From positions 211,551,741 to 211,615,740 of the forward strand of contig CM041465.1 in NCBI GenBank assembly GCA_023213395.1: DNA of 64,000 nt, in the 5' to 3' direction. The DNA is from Cycas panzhihuaensis. Lineage: Eukaryota; Plantae; Cycadophyta. Below are positions 1-12,699 of this stretch, piece by piece (the stretch's first letter is position 1; each line of letters opens with the position of its first letter). The notes beneath the pieces were generated by a model. The model did no database searches and was not told where the DNA came from. It was given only the letters and a program-made list of their open reading frames with translations. Made by a program: the position numbers and the translations under genes.

Positions 1-913
1 CATTTTAAATGAATTCAAGGACTATTGTAAGTACTATAGGATAAGGAAGTAACTCACTAATACTTACACTCCTCAATAAAATGGGGTAGAAGAAAGAAAA
101 AATAAGACTACTATTGAGATGAGAAGGAGCATGCTTAAGGATAAGCATATTAGCAATGAGTTTTAGGGAGAAGTTATTCATGTAATTATTTACTTATTAA
201 ACAAATACACAAAAAATATAGTAAGAAAGATCACACTTGAAGTGGCTTGGATATGTCAAAAGAAGGATGAAGTTAAGTGATAAAAGCACTAAATGCATAT
301 TTATAAGATATAGTAATACATCAAGATCCTTTGAATTATATGACCTTAAAGATAAAAAAATCATCATGAGCAGAGATATCATTTGTAATGAAGATGAATT
401 CTATCAAGAGGAAGTTAATGAAAAGATAAAGGCAAAATAGTTGTAGTTGATATAGGACATAACTTAGATAGTATAAATATACATAATACAAGGAAGTAGG
501 TCCATTTACTTCAAATTAAAAGGTTATAAAATGGGTATAAAGGGGTCATACCCCTCAATATATTTTAGACATAAACTTTAAGAGAAGGATAACTAGATCT
601 TGAAGGGTAAATTCTGCATTAATAACTCAAGTTATGGACTCAAATAAGCTTCAAATTTTTGAAGTGGCAAATTGTCAAGATTAATGGAAAGAAGCAATAA
701 AAGAGGAGTTTAGTGTCAGACTGAAGAATAATACATGGGAGTCAATTGATTTTCCACTAATAAAAAATGCCATTAGGACAAAATAGATCTATAAGACTAA
801 GCATAAGTCATATATTTTAATTAACAAGTACCAAGTATGGTTAGCTATGAAGGGATATGCTCAAGTTAAAGGCAGAGACTATAATGAAATATTTGCACTA
901 GTTATAAGGTTAG
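1..913 (+). pseudogene. Copia-1 pol fragment: integrase core/C-terminus and RT N-terminus
   Basis: Degenerate YTPQ*NGVEERKNKT (60-110), KCIFIRY, KNNTWE and KGYAQVKGRDYNEIFA motifs; many stops. Confidence 0.9.
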
Positions 914-3359
914 TAAAATACATGAGGCTAGAGGGGTAGATTACAAAGTCCTTACTAATGATAAAAAACCTAGGGTGTGGAGGCCAAATACATGGGAAAG
1001 TAAACTAACAACCCTAACTAGGATGTCTATGTGACTCTTGGGCATGAGTGTGAGGGAACACTATGCACTAAATAATGAAATGGAGGCTAAACTAGGGTAA
1101 AATTGAGGGTTCATGTATGAGGATAAACACATTATTTTGGTTTCGGGGGCCTATGGCAAGCTAGGGAGAAAGAAGCACATACATATATGCAACTATATGA
1201 CTTTTTATTTTTATAAAAAGCAATAAACAAACCCTAGCTAAGACATAATATTATCCCATATGTTTAAGAACTCACAACCATGCAATCCCTTCTCTCATTC
1301 AAACTTGTAACTAGATGACAAAACAAGGACTAATGCACCTAACATTTCATGAAAATACAATGCAAATGGGAATGCCGTTCACTTTTATTTTGGGTTTTTT
1401 TCTTATATTTGTCTTTTTTAGGGGATTTTTTCCTTTTCAATTAAAAGAGAGAAAAAAAATAAAAGGTCTATAAAAAAAGGTAAAACTAATTTCTTTTTCT
1501 TTCATTTTCTCATATACTTTCTTTTCTTTGAGTTTTTTTTCTTTTTAAAAAGGAAAGGGGAGGTGAAGGGGGTTTAGGGCAAAAAAATAATTCTTAGATT
1601 CTTTTTCCCTTACTTCTTAGATTAGTCCTAAAACTTCTTTGTCCTTTCCTTTCCTTTCCTTTTTTTTCTTTACTAAAAAGAAAGAAAGCTAAGATAAGTG
1701 GAAAAATAATGTACCTAATAGTAGTGGGATTTATTTATTAAGCAACATCTTTTCTTAACTCATAGTGAATAATGCTAAGAAGATGGTCTTAATGGGAAAT
1801 ACATTATAATATAAATCTAGAGAAAATTTGGCAACATTTCTACTTATTAGATATGCTTATGATATAGGAAAGAATGCAATAAAGACTCCAAAAAATTTAA
1901 AAATATGTACGAAAGCTCAACGAGCTAACATACCTTTTTTGAGGAGTTATTACTAAAGAAGAATTTTGGTAGAAGAACCCAATCTTTAGGCTAATTATAG
2001 AGAGAAGTCTTGACCCCCTTCCTTCTTATAATGGAGTTAGCATACCTATAAGATAATTGCTAACTAAGAATATAATAAAATATGCATAATACCTCTAGCA
2101 TATAATATGATCAAAGTTGAGCCAAAGTGATATCCAGGTTAACTAATAAGAAATGGGTGGGGAGGGCCTCATAATGGCCCAAGTGTCACCCTAATATAGT
2201 AAACTCCTTAAGTTATACTTGGGTGTTACCTTCCTTTACAACTTCCTCTTTTGGATCTATAGAAAAATAAGCACAAACTAGGCTAATAAGAAGAATATGA
2301 TGCAAGGGAATGATTAAGCAATGAATGACAAGTTAAATGAAGCAAAATGAAATGAAAATAAGAAACAAATCATATGGAATAATTACCATAAAGCAAAAGG
2401 AGGAGGAATACCTCTTCCTTGAATGATGGATATGGATAATAGTTGTTACACTCCCCTCTAAGACTCACTCTTGGTTCTAAAAGTATGTAGTCCCAAGGAT
2501 ATAGTCACAAAGAAGGTATGTAAATCAAGGTTGCCTAATTCTTATGAAATTTTGGTAGTATAATAGTGTGGTATATGACTCAACTTGATCTCACCCCTCT
2601 AATGAAAAAATTAGGGAGATTTATAAATGAGGCAAAGGTTGAGGGAAGTGGTTTTCATCCCACAATATGGGAGAAAGCCACGGGATAAATCCATGAGTCT
2701 TGCTCATGGATTTGGACCAAAATCACATAGAGAAGATTGAAATGAGATGTGATTTCCCCTCATGGGCCATCCAAATCTAATAAGCATTGGTCTAGGGCCA
2801 ACATGAGTCATCCAAAACTATCAAGGAAGCATTTATGAGTTAACTATTACTAATAAATCTAAATCTTGGTTGATGACAGTGATACCATGAAGATATTTGC
2901 GCTACTGCAAAATTATTCACAATACCATTATTGCATATAAAATAAATAATGGTATAGTAACAAATTTAATTTTCCAATGAAAAACCCATATAAATAAGTT
3001 AAAAACTTATGAATGTAGAGACCTAGATATAGACATAGTTGAAAAAAAGTAACAAACAATAAAAAATAAAAGAATTAATGAATTAAAATAAAGTAAAGAA
3101 GATGTTGCAAAGGAGATAAGCACATGTTCTCACTTGAGGAGATTGATGAGTGGACTAACAACCATGAATTGGAGTCGTACTTATCATTGGCTAAAAAATA
3201 CATGGGTTACTACATCTAATAATCAAGCAAATGAAAGCATACACCCATTATCTATAATCATGACATGTAAAATTAATAAAGTATAAAGAGTAATGGACCA
3301 TACCTTCACTTATAACTATTTACTATAGTGTCTATGCCATTCCAAGAAGTTAGGAAATA
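914..3359 (-). repeat. Tat-A 3' LTR (~2.45 kb)
   Basis: Aligns end to end with 45010..47504 (~18% mismatch in a ~230 bp manual sample). Termini decayed from TG..CA to TA..TA. The adjacent purine-rich tract on the minus strand (rc AAGTGGGTAA, 3360-3369) is the likely PPT. Confidence 0.93.
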
Positions 3360-4399
3360 TTACCCACTTAATAATAAAGCTTCTTCAACTTGTAGCTAGA
3401 ATATGGTGAATGTTGCTAATACAAATGATGTGAGATGTAACAAACTAATATGTGTATGGAATAAGGGGCGAAGTCTGCCATTATTTTATCTTATTAATAG
3501 GTGATAAGAGGGTGTTACCCTTAGTTTAACCTTCTTAGAAAACTACTTAGTGGTGTATAAACTAGGAAGGATGATGGGTTAGTAATTGAATCAACCCAAG
3601 TGGGTCTATGGCTATAATGGACCTAGACATGTATAAGTAGAGGAGTCAAGTGGTTAAAACATTGCATCAACAATAAGACAAGATGTACAACATTGCCCAA
3701 AATGGGACTCTAAAGGCCTAGGCCCTTAAATACACGAAGTGGTGCTTCAAATGCCTAAGAGAGAGACTCAATGGTTGAGGTGGATCACTATAATTTAACA
3801 TCATTAGTGGTTATATTTCAGAGGAGGAGTTATTTGGGATCGTCTCAGAGTTATATTCTTTTTTTTTTGGGTTTTTTTTTTTTTTTTTTCCTTTTATATT
3901 TTTGGTGGATTTATATTATTTTTGAGTTTTCAATTATTTTATAATTTTTTTATTATGTTTTTGAGGTTTTTATATTTTTTTAGATTTTTGATGGTTTTAT
4001 GTTATTTCTTATGGTTTTACAAGTAGATTTTACATGGAAAAGAAATGGGAAAGTAAGAAAATAACAATGAAATAATAAGAAGGATAAGGTCATGGGTTTC
4101 AAGGAGTGATGCACCTTAGGGAGGTCATGACCTAGTTAATTACATGCATATATCTACAAATACACATGGTAGTTTACCCTCATTTCAAAGCATAGGTGGT
4201 GATTTAGGTTCTCGGTGGAGCATGAGGGAAGTTGGTAGCTTGGATAAGCTTCCAATGTGGGCTAAGAATGCCCAAGCTTATCACCGTAATTTAGCCTCTT
4301 CAACGAGTCCCGCTTAGAGGTTAGGCTAGGGGGGATTACTCCCTAAATATGTGTCTTAATAGGAGGCTTATTAGGCCAAAATGGGGTTGCCTATTAATG

Positions 4400-5160
4400 G
4401 ATAATAATCCTTGAGGATGAATGTCATTAACCTATCGATCTTTTATTAAGTTTTCATGGGATATAATAAATAAATATACAAGAGAATTAAGCCAAAAGGG
4501 ACTTAGCATGGTTAGTAAGAGATCTTAATTATGGGTAATAGACTTGGTAGACTTGGGTGAGTTAGGACACTATGAGCTGGGAGTCATAATAAATACAACA
4601 CAATAGAGCCACAATAGATATATAAGGCATTAGTCAAGGCCCCTATAATAATGGTGTACTTAGCTATGTTATTAGTAGAAATGAGTAGGTAGACTCTAGA
4701 ATAGATAAAAATGTACCCCAAGTGATCATGAATGGTCCATACTATAACAAAAGGCCTAGGATTCCTACTGTTATCCCTATCGGTATGAATGATCAAAGCG
4801 ATGGGGATAGATGCAAGGGTAAGTCAAGGTGGACTCAGTGAATAAAGGGAAGTGGTAGGAATTAACGAATCATCACAAGGACTTAGGTAGGTATGCATAA
4901 TTTGACTAAGATAATGAGCAATGTTTGGTCCTTAGGAATGACTATATTCTAGTGTCACGACCTCTTCTAATGCTTGTCATAGGTTATATCCATGTTGGAG
5001 AGGTTTTAGTCATGATTAAAACCATATTTAGTCTATGTAACTAGATTTAAAGGTCCTAAATTACCCATTGAATTAGATTCAACCTATAAATCGTAGGTGG
5101 GGATGAGGTTGTCATGCAACCTATCCCATATGCCAAGGAGATGGTGGTAGATATGCTCCC
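4400..5160 (-). pseudogene. Stand-alone archaeal-type RNase H (aRH/RNase HI-like) with ~110 aa N-terminal extension, in the Tat-A 3' region
   Basis: ORF 4584..4796 reads IIHTDRDNSRNPRP...WTIHDHLG...STNNIAKYTIIIGAL, a decayed form of the (D)GxSRGNPGP...TNNxAEY RNase HI motifs. It continues to YIP(R)KLN near 4450 and is homologous to 31435..32160. Confidence 0.8.
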
Positions 5161-6849
5161 TTAATCAAAACACACACACATATATTTTTCATATATATTT
5201 TTTAAAATTTTCCTTTTTCTTTTCCTTTGCTTCTTTTCTTCTTTTGCCTTAGAGGAGCATATGTGTATATTGCTAAGAAAGTATGCAATAGGTGTGGTGG
5301 CAAGTTAAACCATGGGGAAGCCAAGAATGTGCACCATATCAATTATGATTTAATAGAAGACACAATTAAACCATGAGAAACATGTGAGGAGGGTCAAACT
5401 ATGGGGTGTGAAGGGAAAGTCATATGAGTACTCTGACTGCCCATCATAGTGCATGCACTGAATATGGTCCATAGGTTGGTGAGAACAAAGAACCAAGACT
5501 TCCTATTATAATGGAGACTAAATGAAAGATACTAAAAGCTGACATCTAAGTTATAAGTTAGCTAGGATGACATATAGGTAATAATGAGGTCGTGAAGTGG
5601 AGCCACAAGCTAAGAAGGTAGGAAATCTAAGAGCAAGTTGATGTACAAATAACATTGATATGGGGGAGTTAAAGGCACTTAGAGCTTAGTTAATAGGCAT
5701 GTTGAAAGTAAGGGAGGACCTATGGGCTGACGACATGGCTAGAAGATGGTGTGGTACAGGAGGACTAAGCTAAAGGTGTGGTTGTGTGAATAAAAGACAA
5801 TCTCAAAGAGTAAAGAAGAGCATAGAATATGATGAGAGATTAGGGATCAATTAGTACTTAACATATAAGGGGGTAACATGGGTATAAAATATGAGATCAG
5901 ATTTATAAGACAATCCTATGGATTATAAACACTGATATGCATAAATGTAAGTTGCTTAAAGTGAAAAAGGGTCTTAATTTAAAGTGAATGAAGTCATTAA
6001 TAACATGCATTAATGATAATGAGGGTCAAATCTTGGGCCACAAAAATGAAAGCTAAGAAATAGAGAAAGCTATGGCAAGGATGTATGAATGAAGTCAGTA
6101 AGATCAAGGTCTTAGCAAACCAAATGAGAGACAAAATAGGCTCTGAGCAATCATGCTATGGTGACTTATATATTCTTGGTATTCTTTCTCGATTTTCATT
6201 TTCATTTTCATGATTTTGAGTTAGGAATTTGTTAAGAAATCTTAGTTCCTTTTATCCCAAATCTTTTGGAGATCACCATAAGCAAATTGTCCATCAAAAT
6301 CATAAGCAGGTGGAGCCATTGGATCTAGAACTCAATGATGGCCATTTTCCAACTTGACCTAGTAAGTAGATTATTCTATTTTTTTTTTTTTTTTATGTTT
6401 TAAATTTTGGTTGGGGTCATACCCTAGCTATTTTAAATTTATTAAAATGGAGGCTAAATTGTGCCCTATTTGTGACCAACCCAAGGAAATTTGAGGCCCT
6501 AGTCTTATTAGATAGATTGTTTTTGTCCAAAACTGTTTAGTTTTTCTATTTTGGTTCATTTTTTTTGAATTTTTTATATGCCATAATATTTCACTGTACT
6601 GCACCTAATAAGTTGGTATTGTGAATATATTTGTAGTATTGAAAAAATATTTATGGTACATAATATAAATGATAAAATTGATAAATATCTTTACAAATGC
6701 CTCCTAAATCAACTTGTTTAGGTCATTTTGGGTATGTGATTGGCCTAGACATGTTGTAAGTTGTTATACCTACAATTTATATTATTTTATAAGTCATTTT
6801 CATGATTGATAATCACAAAAACTTTAGTTCACCTATGTTGGGTATTGCT

Positions 6850-8200
6850 TGATTGATGACAGATCAAGATCATGAGATTATGAGGTGATGTGGACTATTA
6901 TAGGTGATCACAATATGATAATATGCACCTAATCAGGGGATACTAGTGGACATTATATCCCACTAGGATAGATGGTAGCATGTTTTCCATTTGCCATGTG
7001 TAGGGATGTGACCATCATGGCCATGGATGTGACAAGGTTCTTAGGGTTGCTGGTGAGGGGGGACCACAGGGTGGTGACAACTACTTCTATGAAAGAGCAT
7101 AATGGAACCAAAGGGGTGGTAATGTTAGGAAGATTATGGGTTCTAGTATTCCTTACTCGAGGAAATTGTCATATTTACCATTCTATTCTAAATATCTTAG
7201 TGGAAGAACTACATAGAGGTTCCAAGAGGATGGATAGACATGGTGCAATGATACAAATGTGGTGAGAGGCTAGATAGGGCATCCCTCATAGTGGTCAATA
7301 TTAGAGCACAATTGGATTAGATCTGGGTAGCTGACCATGGAGGATTCTCATATTACACATTGCTACAGTATTGGTTCTTTGATTATTTCCATAGAGTAGG
7401 GCCTATGATTAGGCCACAACTAGTGGCAGATGGAGATCCCCTTATACATAGTTGATCTACATGCTTTATAAGCCCAGGCACCATGGAGCAATTACCTCAT
7501 CTAATACATGTTACATCCTTAGACTTGTTGACATTGGATGTCTATGTGAGACATCCATATAGGAGTGCCCACTAGGATAGTGATGAGGAGGGAGGTGGTG
7601 ATATAGCAGAGCAAGCAATAATCATTGGAGAGGCTATTAGTGAGGGTAAGGAGGTAGTCAAAGCTGAGGAGGAAGAGGAGGCTATAGAGGGAGGGAAGGC
7701 ATATGGTACTAGTTCAATGGAAGAGGGTGCCAACAACTCATCCATAGGAGCATAAGGAGAGGTTCCTCAAGGAGGTATTACTCCTATCACTTACTTGTTA
7801 GTCCATTCTTTAAGTATACAATGGTATTTGCCCCTTTGATGAGGGCTATAGAGATGTAGGTAGCCAAGTGACATAACCTCCAGGGGAGGATCTAAGAGCT
7901 GGAGGGTCGAGGAGAGTGAGTGGTGCCTCTAGTTATAATAGATCCACCCAAGGGGGTCCCTGAAGTGGAGGCATAGATTATAGAGTTACATGAGAGGATG
8001 GAGAGGTCTGTGGCCAATTATAGAAGGCTTGGGATGTGAGTGATCTACCAAGAGAAGGAGAAGATTTGATAGTACTCAAAGAGGACTATGAGGTGATCAT
8101 ACATAGACTAAAGGTGCTCTTTATCTCATCAAATCTCCCCCTTCTCAGTGGACTGCTTATATTCATAGCCCCTAAGAGAGGATTGAGGAATTGCTTGTTG
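6850..8200 (+). pseudogene. Antisense Plant Mobile Domain (PMD, aminotransferase-like) gene remnant in the Tat-A 3' region, with acidic C-terminal part
   Basis: 6931-7040 reads NQGILVDIISH*DRW*HVFHLPC-(fs)-RDVTIMAMDVTRFLGLLVRGD, matching the PMD signature LxxLVERWxxxTHTFHLPxGEMTITLxDVxxLLGLPxxG. A YD(W)A motif at ~7405 and an E-rich tract at 7580-7690 follow. The 3' end is approximate. Confidence 0.75.
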
Positions 8201-8249
8201 ATGGCCTTTTCAAACTTGAGGCCCTCTAATACAACAACTCAATATACCC

Positions 8250-8732
8250 CATTATTTAGGCTTTATAAGATAATGAATGGTCCCATCCATTTAGGGCCAA
8301 ATTTTGATAATCAATCATGCAAATATTTGAGTTTCAGGACTCTATCCCTAAGGGTTAAGGGTTGTGGTTATACGTGCTTATCATGCGTCTTTTGTGCCTT
8401 GCCCTTTGATGCTAGGTTTGCTTGATAGGTGATAAGCATCTTTCATCAAGTGATTCTAGGTTTAGTAAATAGGCTTGATGTCATCATTCTTTATCTATGA
8501 ACTCTTTAAGTGATGCCTATAAGGATGGGATCTCTACTTTAAGGGGCAAGATGACTTCCGATTTGTAGACTAAGGAGAAAGATGTCATACTCGTGGTTGT
8601 CCTAATGGATGTTCAATAGGACCATAAAATTAGATAAAGTTGCAAGTGTCAATCCCTTTGGGATTAGGCTATCATTTTCTTCAAAATGTTGACCAAGGTC
8701 TTATTAAATGGCTCAATTTAGCCATTGGCATG
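8250..8732 (-). pseudogene. Tat-A integrase C-terminal part
   Basis: Rejoins 15026+ to give YYP(Q)ANG(Q)IE; GPKWMGPF-like motif near 8280. Confidence 0.8.
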
Positions 8733-9044
8733 TGAAAGAGATTAATGTATCAAGGTCATTTGTGTAGATTAACTATATGACTTTATGATATATTGATTAA
8801 CATTAGTCTCTTAATGAAATGCACTTTATGTGCATTTAGATGTAATTTCAGGTTCATGTCATTAGGTAGGAAAATCCTAACCTTAATGCTCACCCTCAAT
8901 AATAAAATCTGAAATCTCAAGGAGGGAGTTATTATTCATTCTCACCTCCAAGCTTACTCTCATATCTTATTTCATATCTTTTTCATTCTCCATTGCCATT
9001 GTGTGTATGTAAGTGATTTATTCCCTAGATCCATTCTTCCTTCA
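8733..9044 (+). repeat. Copia-2 5' LTR
   Basis: TGAAAGAG...CCTTCA, direct repeat of 14714..15025. Confidence 0.95.
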
Positions 9045-9046
9045 TG

Positions 9047-9058
9047 TGGTATCATAGC
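9047..9058 (+). promoter_or_regulatory. Primer binding site (initiator tRNA-Met) of Copia-2
   Basis: TGGTATCATAGC, one mismatch from canonical TGGTATCAGAGC, 2 nt after the LTR. Confidence 0.9.
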
Positions 9059-10949
9059 TAGAAGGGGATCTATTCACTCCATTCCACATGCATGGAGTCA
9101 TTTTGCCTCTCCTTGACCTTTAATGTGAATTTTTGAGAGTGCATTTATCATTTTTAACATTTTGAGAGCTTAAAATTATAGTAATTTATACGTTGATACT
9201 TTCTATATGTGTTCAGAAATTTAGAGGTGAAGAATACAGGTTTTTAAAGCCATTCAGCTGCTGGAACAATTCCAAAAACATTAAAGACCTAAATTTTTAT
9301 AAAAAAATTTGACCATCTCATATTTTGATGAAATTTAGCATGCAAGGTCACCTTGACTAGAGGATCATTTTTGTCTTCTAGAGAAACTTCAGATTCAACC
9401 TACAACAATAAGTTTTAGCTGTGATAAAAGGGTAAAATTTATAGATAAGTGATTTAAGGCACTTTTCCCAATGAAATCCTTTAATTATTAGCTAAAAGTT
9501 TAAAAGTTTCATTAAGGGATCTGGTATATTTATGTCTTAGGATCAATTTAAGATAAATCTCATCAAATTTCATCTACTAGTTAGTGAGATCTATGTAGTT
9601 TTCTCACGGTTGTTGATTTTGCCTACACAATCCCACAAAGGACATTACAAGGGTATTTCAAGCCACTTTTTAGAAGATTGTAGAGATGGTGAAGAAGGTA
9701 AAGTTAATGTATGTGTCAAAATGTAACTTTTGACATATTGAAGTTCAGATTCTGAGACAATGGATCTGGCAGGATTTTGCTTTTGTGCTTTTTTGTGTAG
9801 AACATTTTTTGTGTTTTTTTAGAAATTTGACTTTATAACTCTATCAGAAATAATATTATGAACACTTTTTCCTTTTTTCATAAATTTAAATTTCATCATT
9901 TAGGCCTTCATATTTGTAATTTTTAAAAATTATGCCCATTTATCATTATTTATAAATTTTGTGAAAAAATTACAAAATAGGGAAAAATAACATGCATATA
10001 GATTTAGAAAAATTAGCATTTTAGCAGCAAGTCGATCTACTTTTTAGCCCATTATGGATTTTGTATAAAAACTTCTAAAAACATATTTGGAAACATTATA
10101 CTAAAGCAAGGGAAACCTTAGATTAGAAGCAACATCTGGTTCCTGTGCTAAATCTAGCATGTTTTTCTATTTACATACATAGCATAAAGCATCACATAAA
10201 GTAATAACAACAACAAAGCAAGCATGAAAAGTAAGCAAACATATTTGGCAACTTTCTATTTCAGTTTTTAGTTATATAGAAACATCTTATACTATTCCTA
10301 AAAGGAATCTCATCTGTACAATCTATACCACCAGTTCTTGACTTGTGCGCACACTTGCCTTGGTTGAAATAGACCCCAGGTTGGCCGAAGTTCAGGCCCT
10401 AAGGGAGGTGTGAATTTTATATTAGGTTTGGTCTTAACCGGACTAGTGGTGGAGGGACAGGTTAGCCATACCTACAGCCTCTAATCAGGGATAATCCTAA
10501 TAACCACCTGGGAAAACTGAAAACCTTAATGCAAGATTAAAATTAACATAGTCCAATATCTGTCATAGCTGTGGGATACACAATACTATTTGACTCTTCA
10601 GAGGAGGTATATAATTTGTCATTGATGAACTATGTGAGGATTGGGAGTACCTGGGCTCTACTGTGACTTGGATATCATCACCAAGCACAGGTACGGGTAT
10701 CGCGGGTGAAGGCCTTAATTATATACTAGAAGCCTTAGGCATCAAAACCTCATCTACATATGGACATAAGTGAGAGGTTAGTGGCATGGCACATCACCAC
10801 TCTTTGCCAGCTCTACATTAGGCCTCATTCTTGTATCATTACTTATACTCATTTTTCATAGTTGTTGAAAATACTTAATCATTGCTTACTTCTCATCATA
10901 GCATTTATTTCTACATCCCTATTGCACCAGGTGTATTAGCCACACATGT

Positions 10950-12180
10950 CAGTGGCATATGCTTTTATCATCTCTTCTACTTCTTTATTATCACCTTATC
11001 ATCTCAATTTAAGCAGAATATTAACTGCATATTGAAAGGCAAAGAAAATTGGGATCTATGGTATACTGGAGTTAAAAATGCTGCAAAGTATGAAGGCCTT
11101 TGGAGAGCCCATTTGTAGCCTACACCCAACATACCAACAACAGTTACAACATCCATTTCTGGTGGATCTGCCTCAACGACTCTTACAGGTGTTGCAGTTA
11201 ATTACAATGGGAGATAGATCATGAAAAGATTCATTCAGGAATTCTATTGGTCATTGATCACTCCTTGTACAACTTAATTAAAGAGCAACATGATACAACT
11301 TGGAAGGTTCTTGAAGTTTTCAAGAAGAACTTTGATACCAAATCAGATTTAGAATTTGTTCATCTTATTCTGAAAATGAACAAATTAAAAATGCAGAAGG
11401 GATGAGCTCATGAGACAATAAATCTCCTTCGACTAATCAAATAGGCAATTGATAAAGATTTTAAGACCTAATGTATCACTTGGACATTCTTGATCCAGTT
11501 ATGTTTATATGTTAATGATTATAAAAACTTGCTTGGAAGTCTTTAATCTAGTGGAATATTGAAGACACTCAACTTTGAAGCACTTGTTGGTAAGTTTATA
11601 GAATTTGATAAGACCTTTGATATGAACTTTGTAACGTCTGACTCTCTTCCAGATGCAGACTTTAGGATAGAAGAAGAAGTCTTCTACATAATAAATCAAG
11701 GTCCTTCTCATGCTAGAGGAAATAACTGAGCAAGAGGAAGAGGAAGAAACATGGGAAATTGTCCATAAGGTCAACCAAACCCTCAGTCACAACCTCGACA
11801 GTTTCAAGGGCAAGGGCTACCTCAACAAAGAGAAAGATAGTTAGGCCAAACCAGTACCTCTTTAGGGACTGGTAATCAAACTATTATGTATGATCAGTGT
11901 AATCGTAAAGGACACTTAGCAAAAGATTATAGAACCGCCACTTATAAGTTGACTAAGTTCCAACCAAAACATGGAGCTCACAATGTTGAAGAAACATGTG
12001 AAGAATCCTTTAATGGTACAAGTTTTATACAAGCACATGTTCAAAGAATTGAGGGATCTTCAGTATCAAATGCCATTAACTAACCAAAGAGATACTTTAA
12101 AGCTCGATGTGGATATATCACTTGTGAATTCCCTTCACCAATGCCAAGCCCTATTGGAATTGCCAACGGTGTGGCTTCAA
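10950..12180 (+). pseudogene. Copia-2 gag
   Basis: Copia gag N-terminus LKGKENWDLWYTGVKNAAKYEGLW (ORF 10882..11118); zinc knuckle remnant (Y)DQCNRKGHLAKD(Y) at ~11890. Confidence 0.85.
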
Positions 12181-12699
12181 TTGATGGACAATAGACTCTA
12201 AAGTACCCTCACACCACTATAATCATGTTATGAAGTATGATGTTCAGATTCTAAAATTTGGGGGGGGGTCGGGGGGGACAGATATAAATTACTCTAAATA
12301 TTAGAAGCTAACAATAGAGCCTTGGAGGATACAAGTTGTGACTTTGAACCAATGAGTGCACATCTAAGACCATCTTTTAAACATAGCAGAGTTGATAAAG
12401 GTGAAGCCATCAAAGAAGAATCATCCTCTCCACCTTCAATTGTCAAAGGCAAAACCATGGTAGAAGGACCATCTTCCTTAGGTACATCAACATCCTCCTC
12501 ACAAAATAATCATTTTAATGAACAAGATGAGAACCTAGAAGTTGAGGAAATGAGGACTTCATTCCCAACTCAAGGATCTCGAGAAGCCTGCGAACTCAAT
12601 AAGGACATACCACCAGATGAGGTGGGCAAAACTGGCACTCGAAGTGCCCATAGAGCAAGGATGCAGGAATTATTATATACTAAGCTTGAACTAATAGAA

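Noticed and set aside
3130-3185. TGATGAG motif suggestive of a hammerhead ribozyme (retrozyme) in the Tat-A LTR
   Set aside because: No CTGATGA core, no downstream GAAA and no supporting stems in either LTR copy
8036-8425. 129 aa + strand ORF as an independent gene
   Set aside because: The first part may belong to the PMD gene tail; the rest is antisense to the integrase C-terminus
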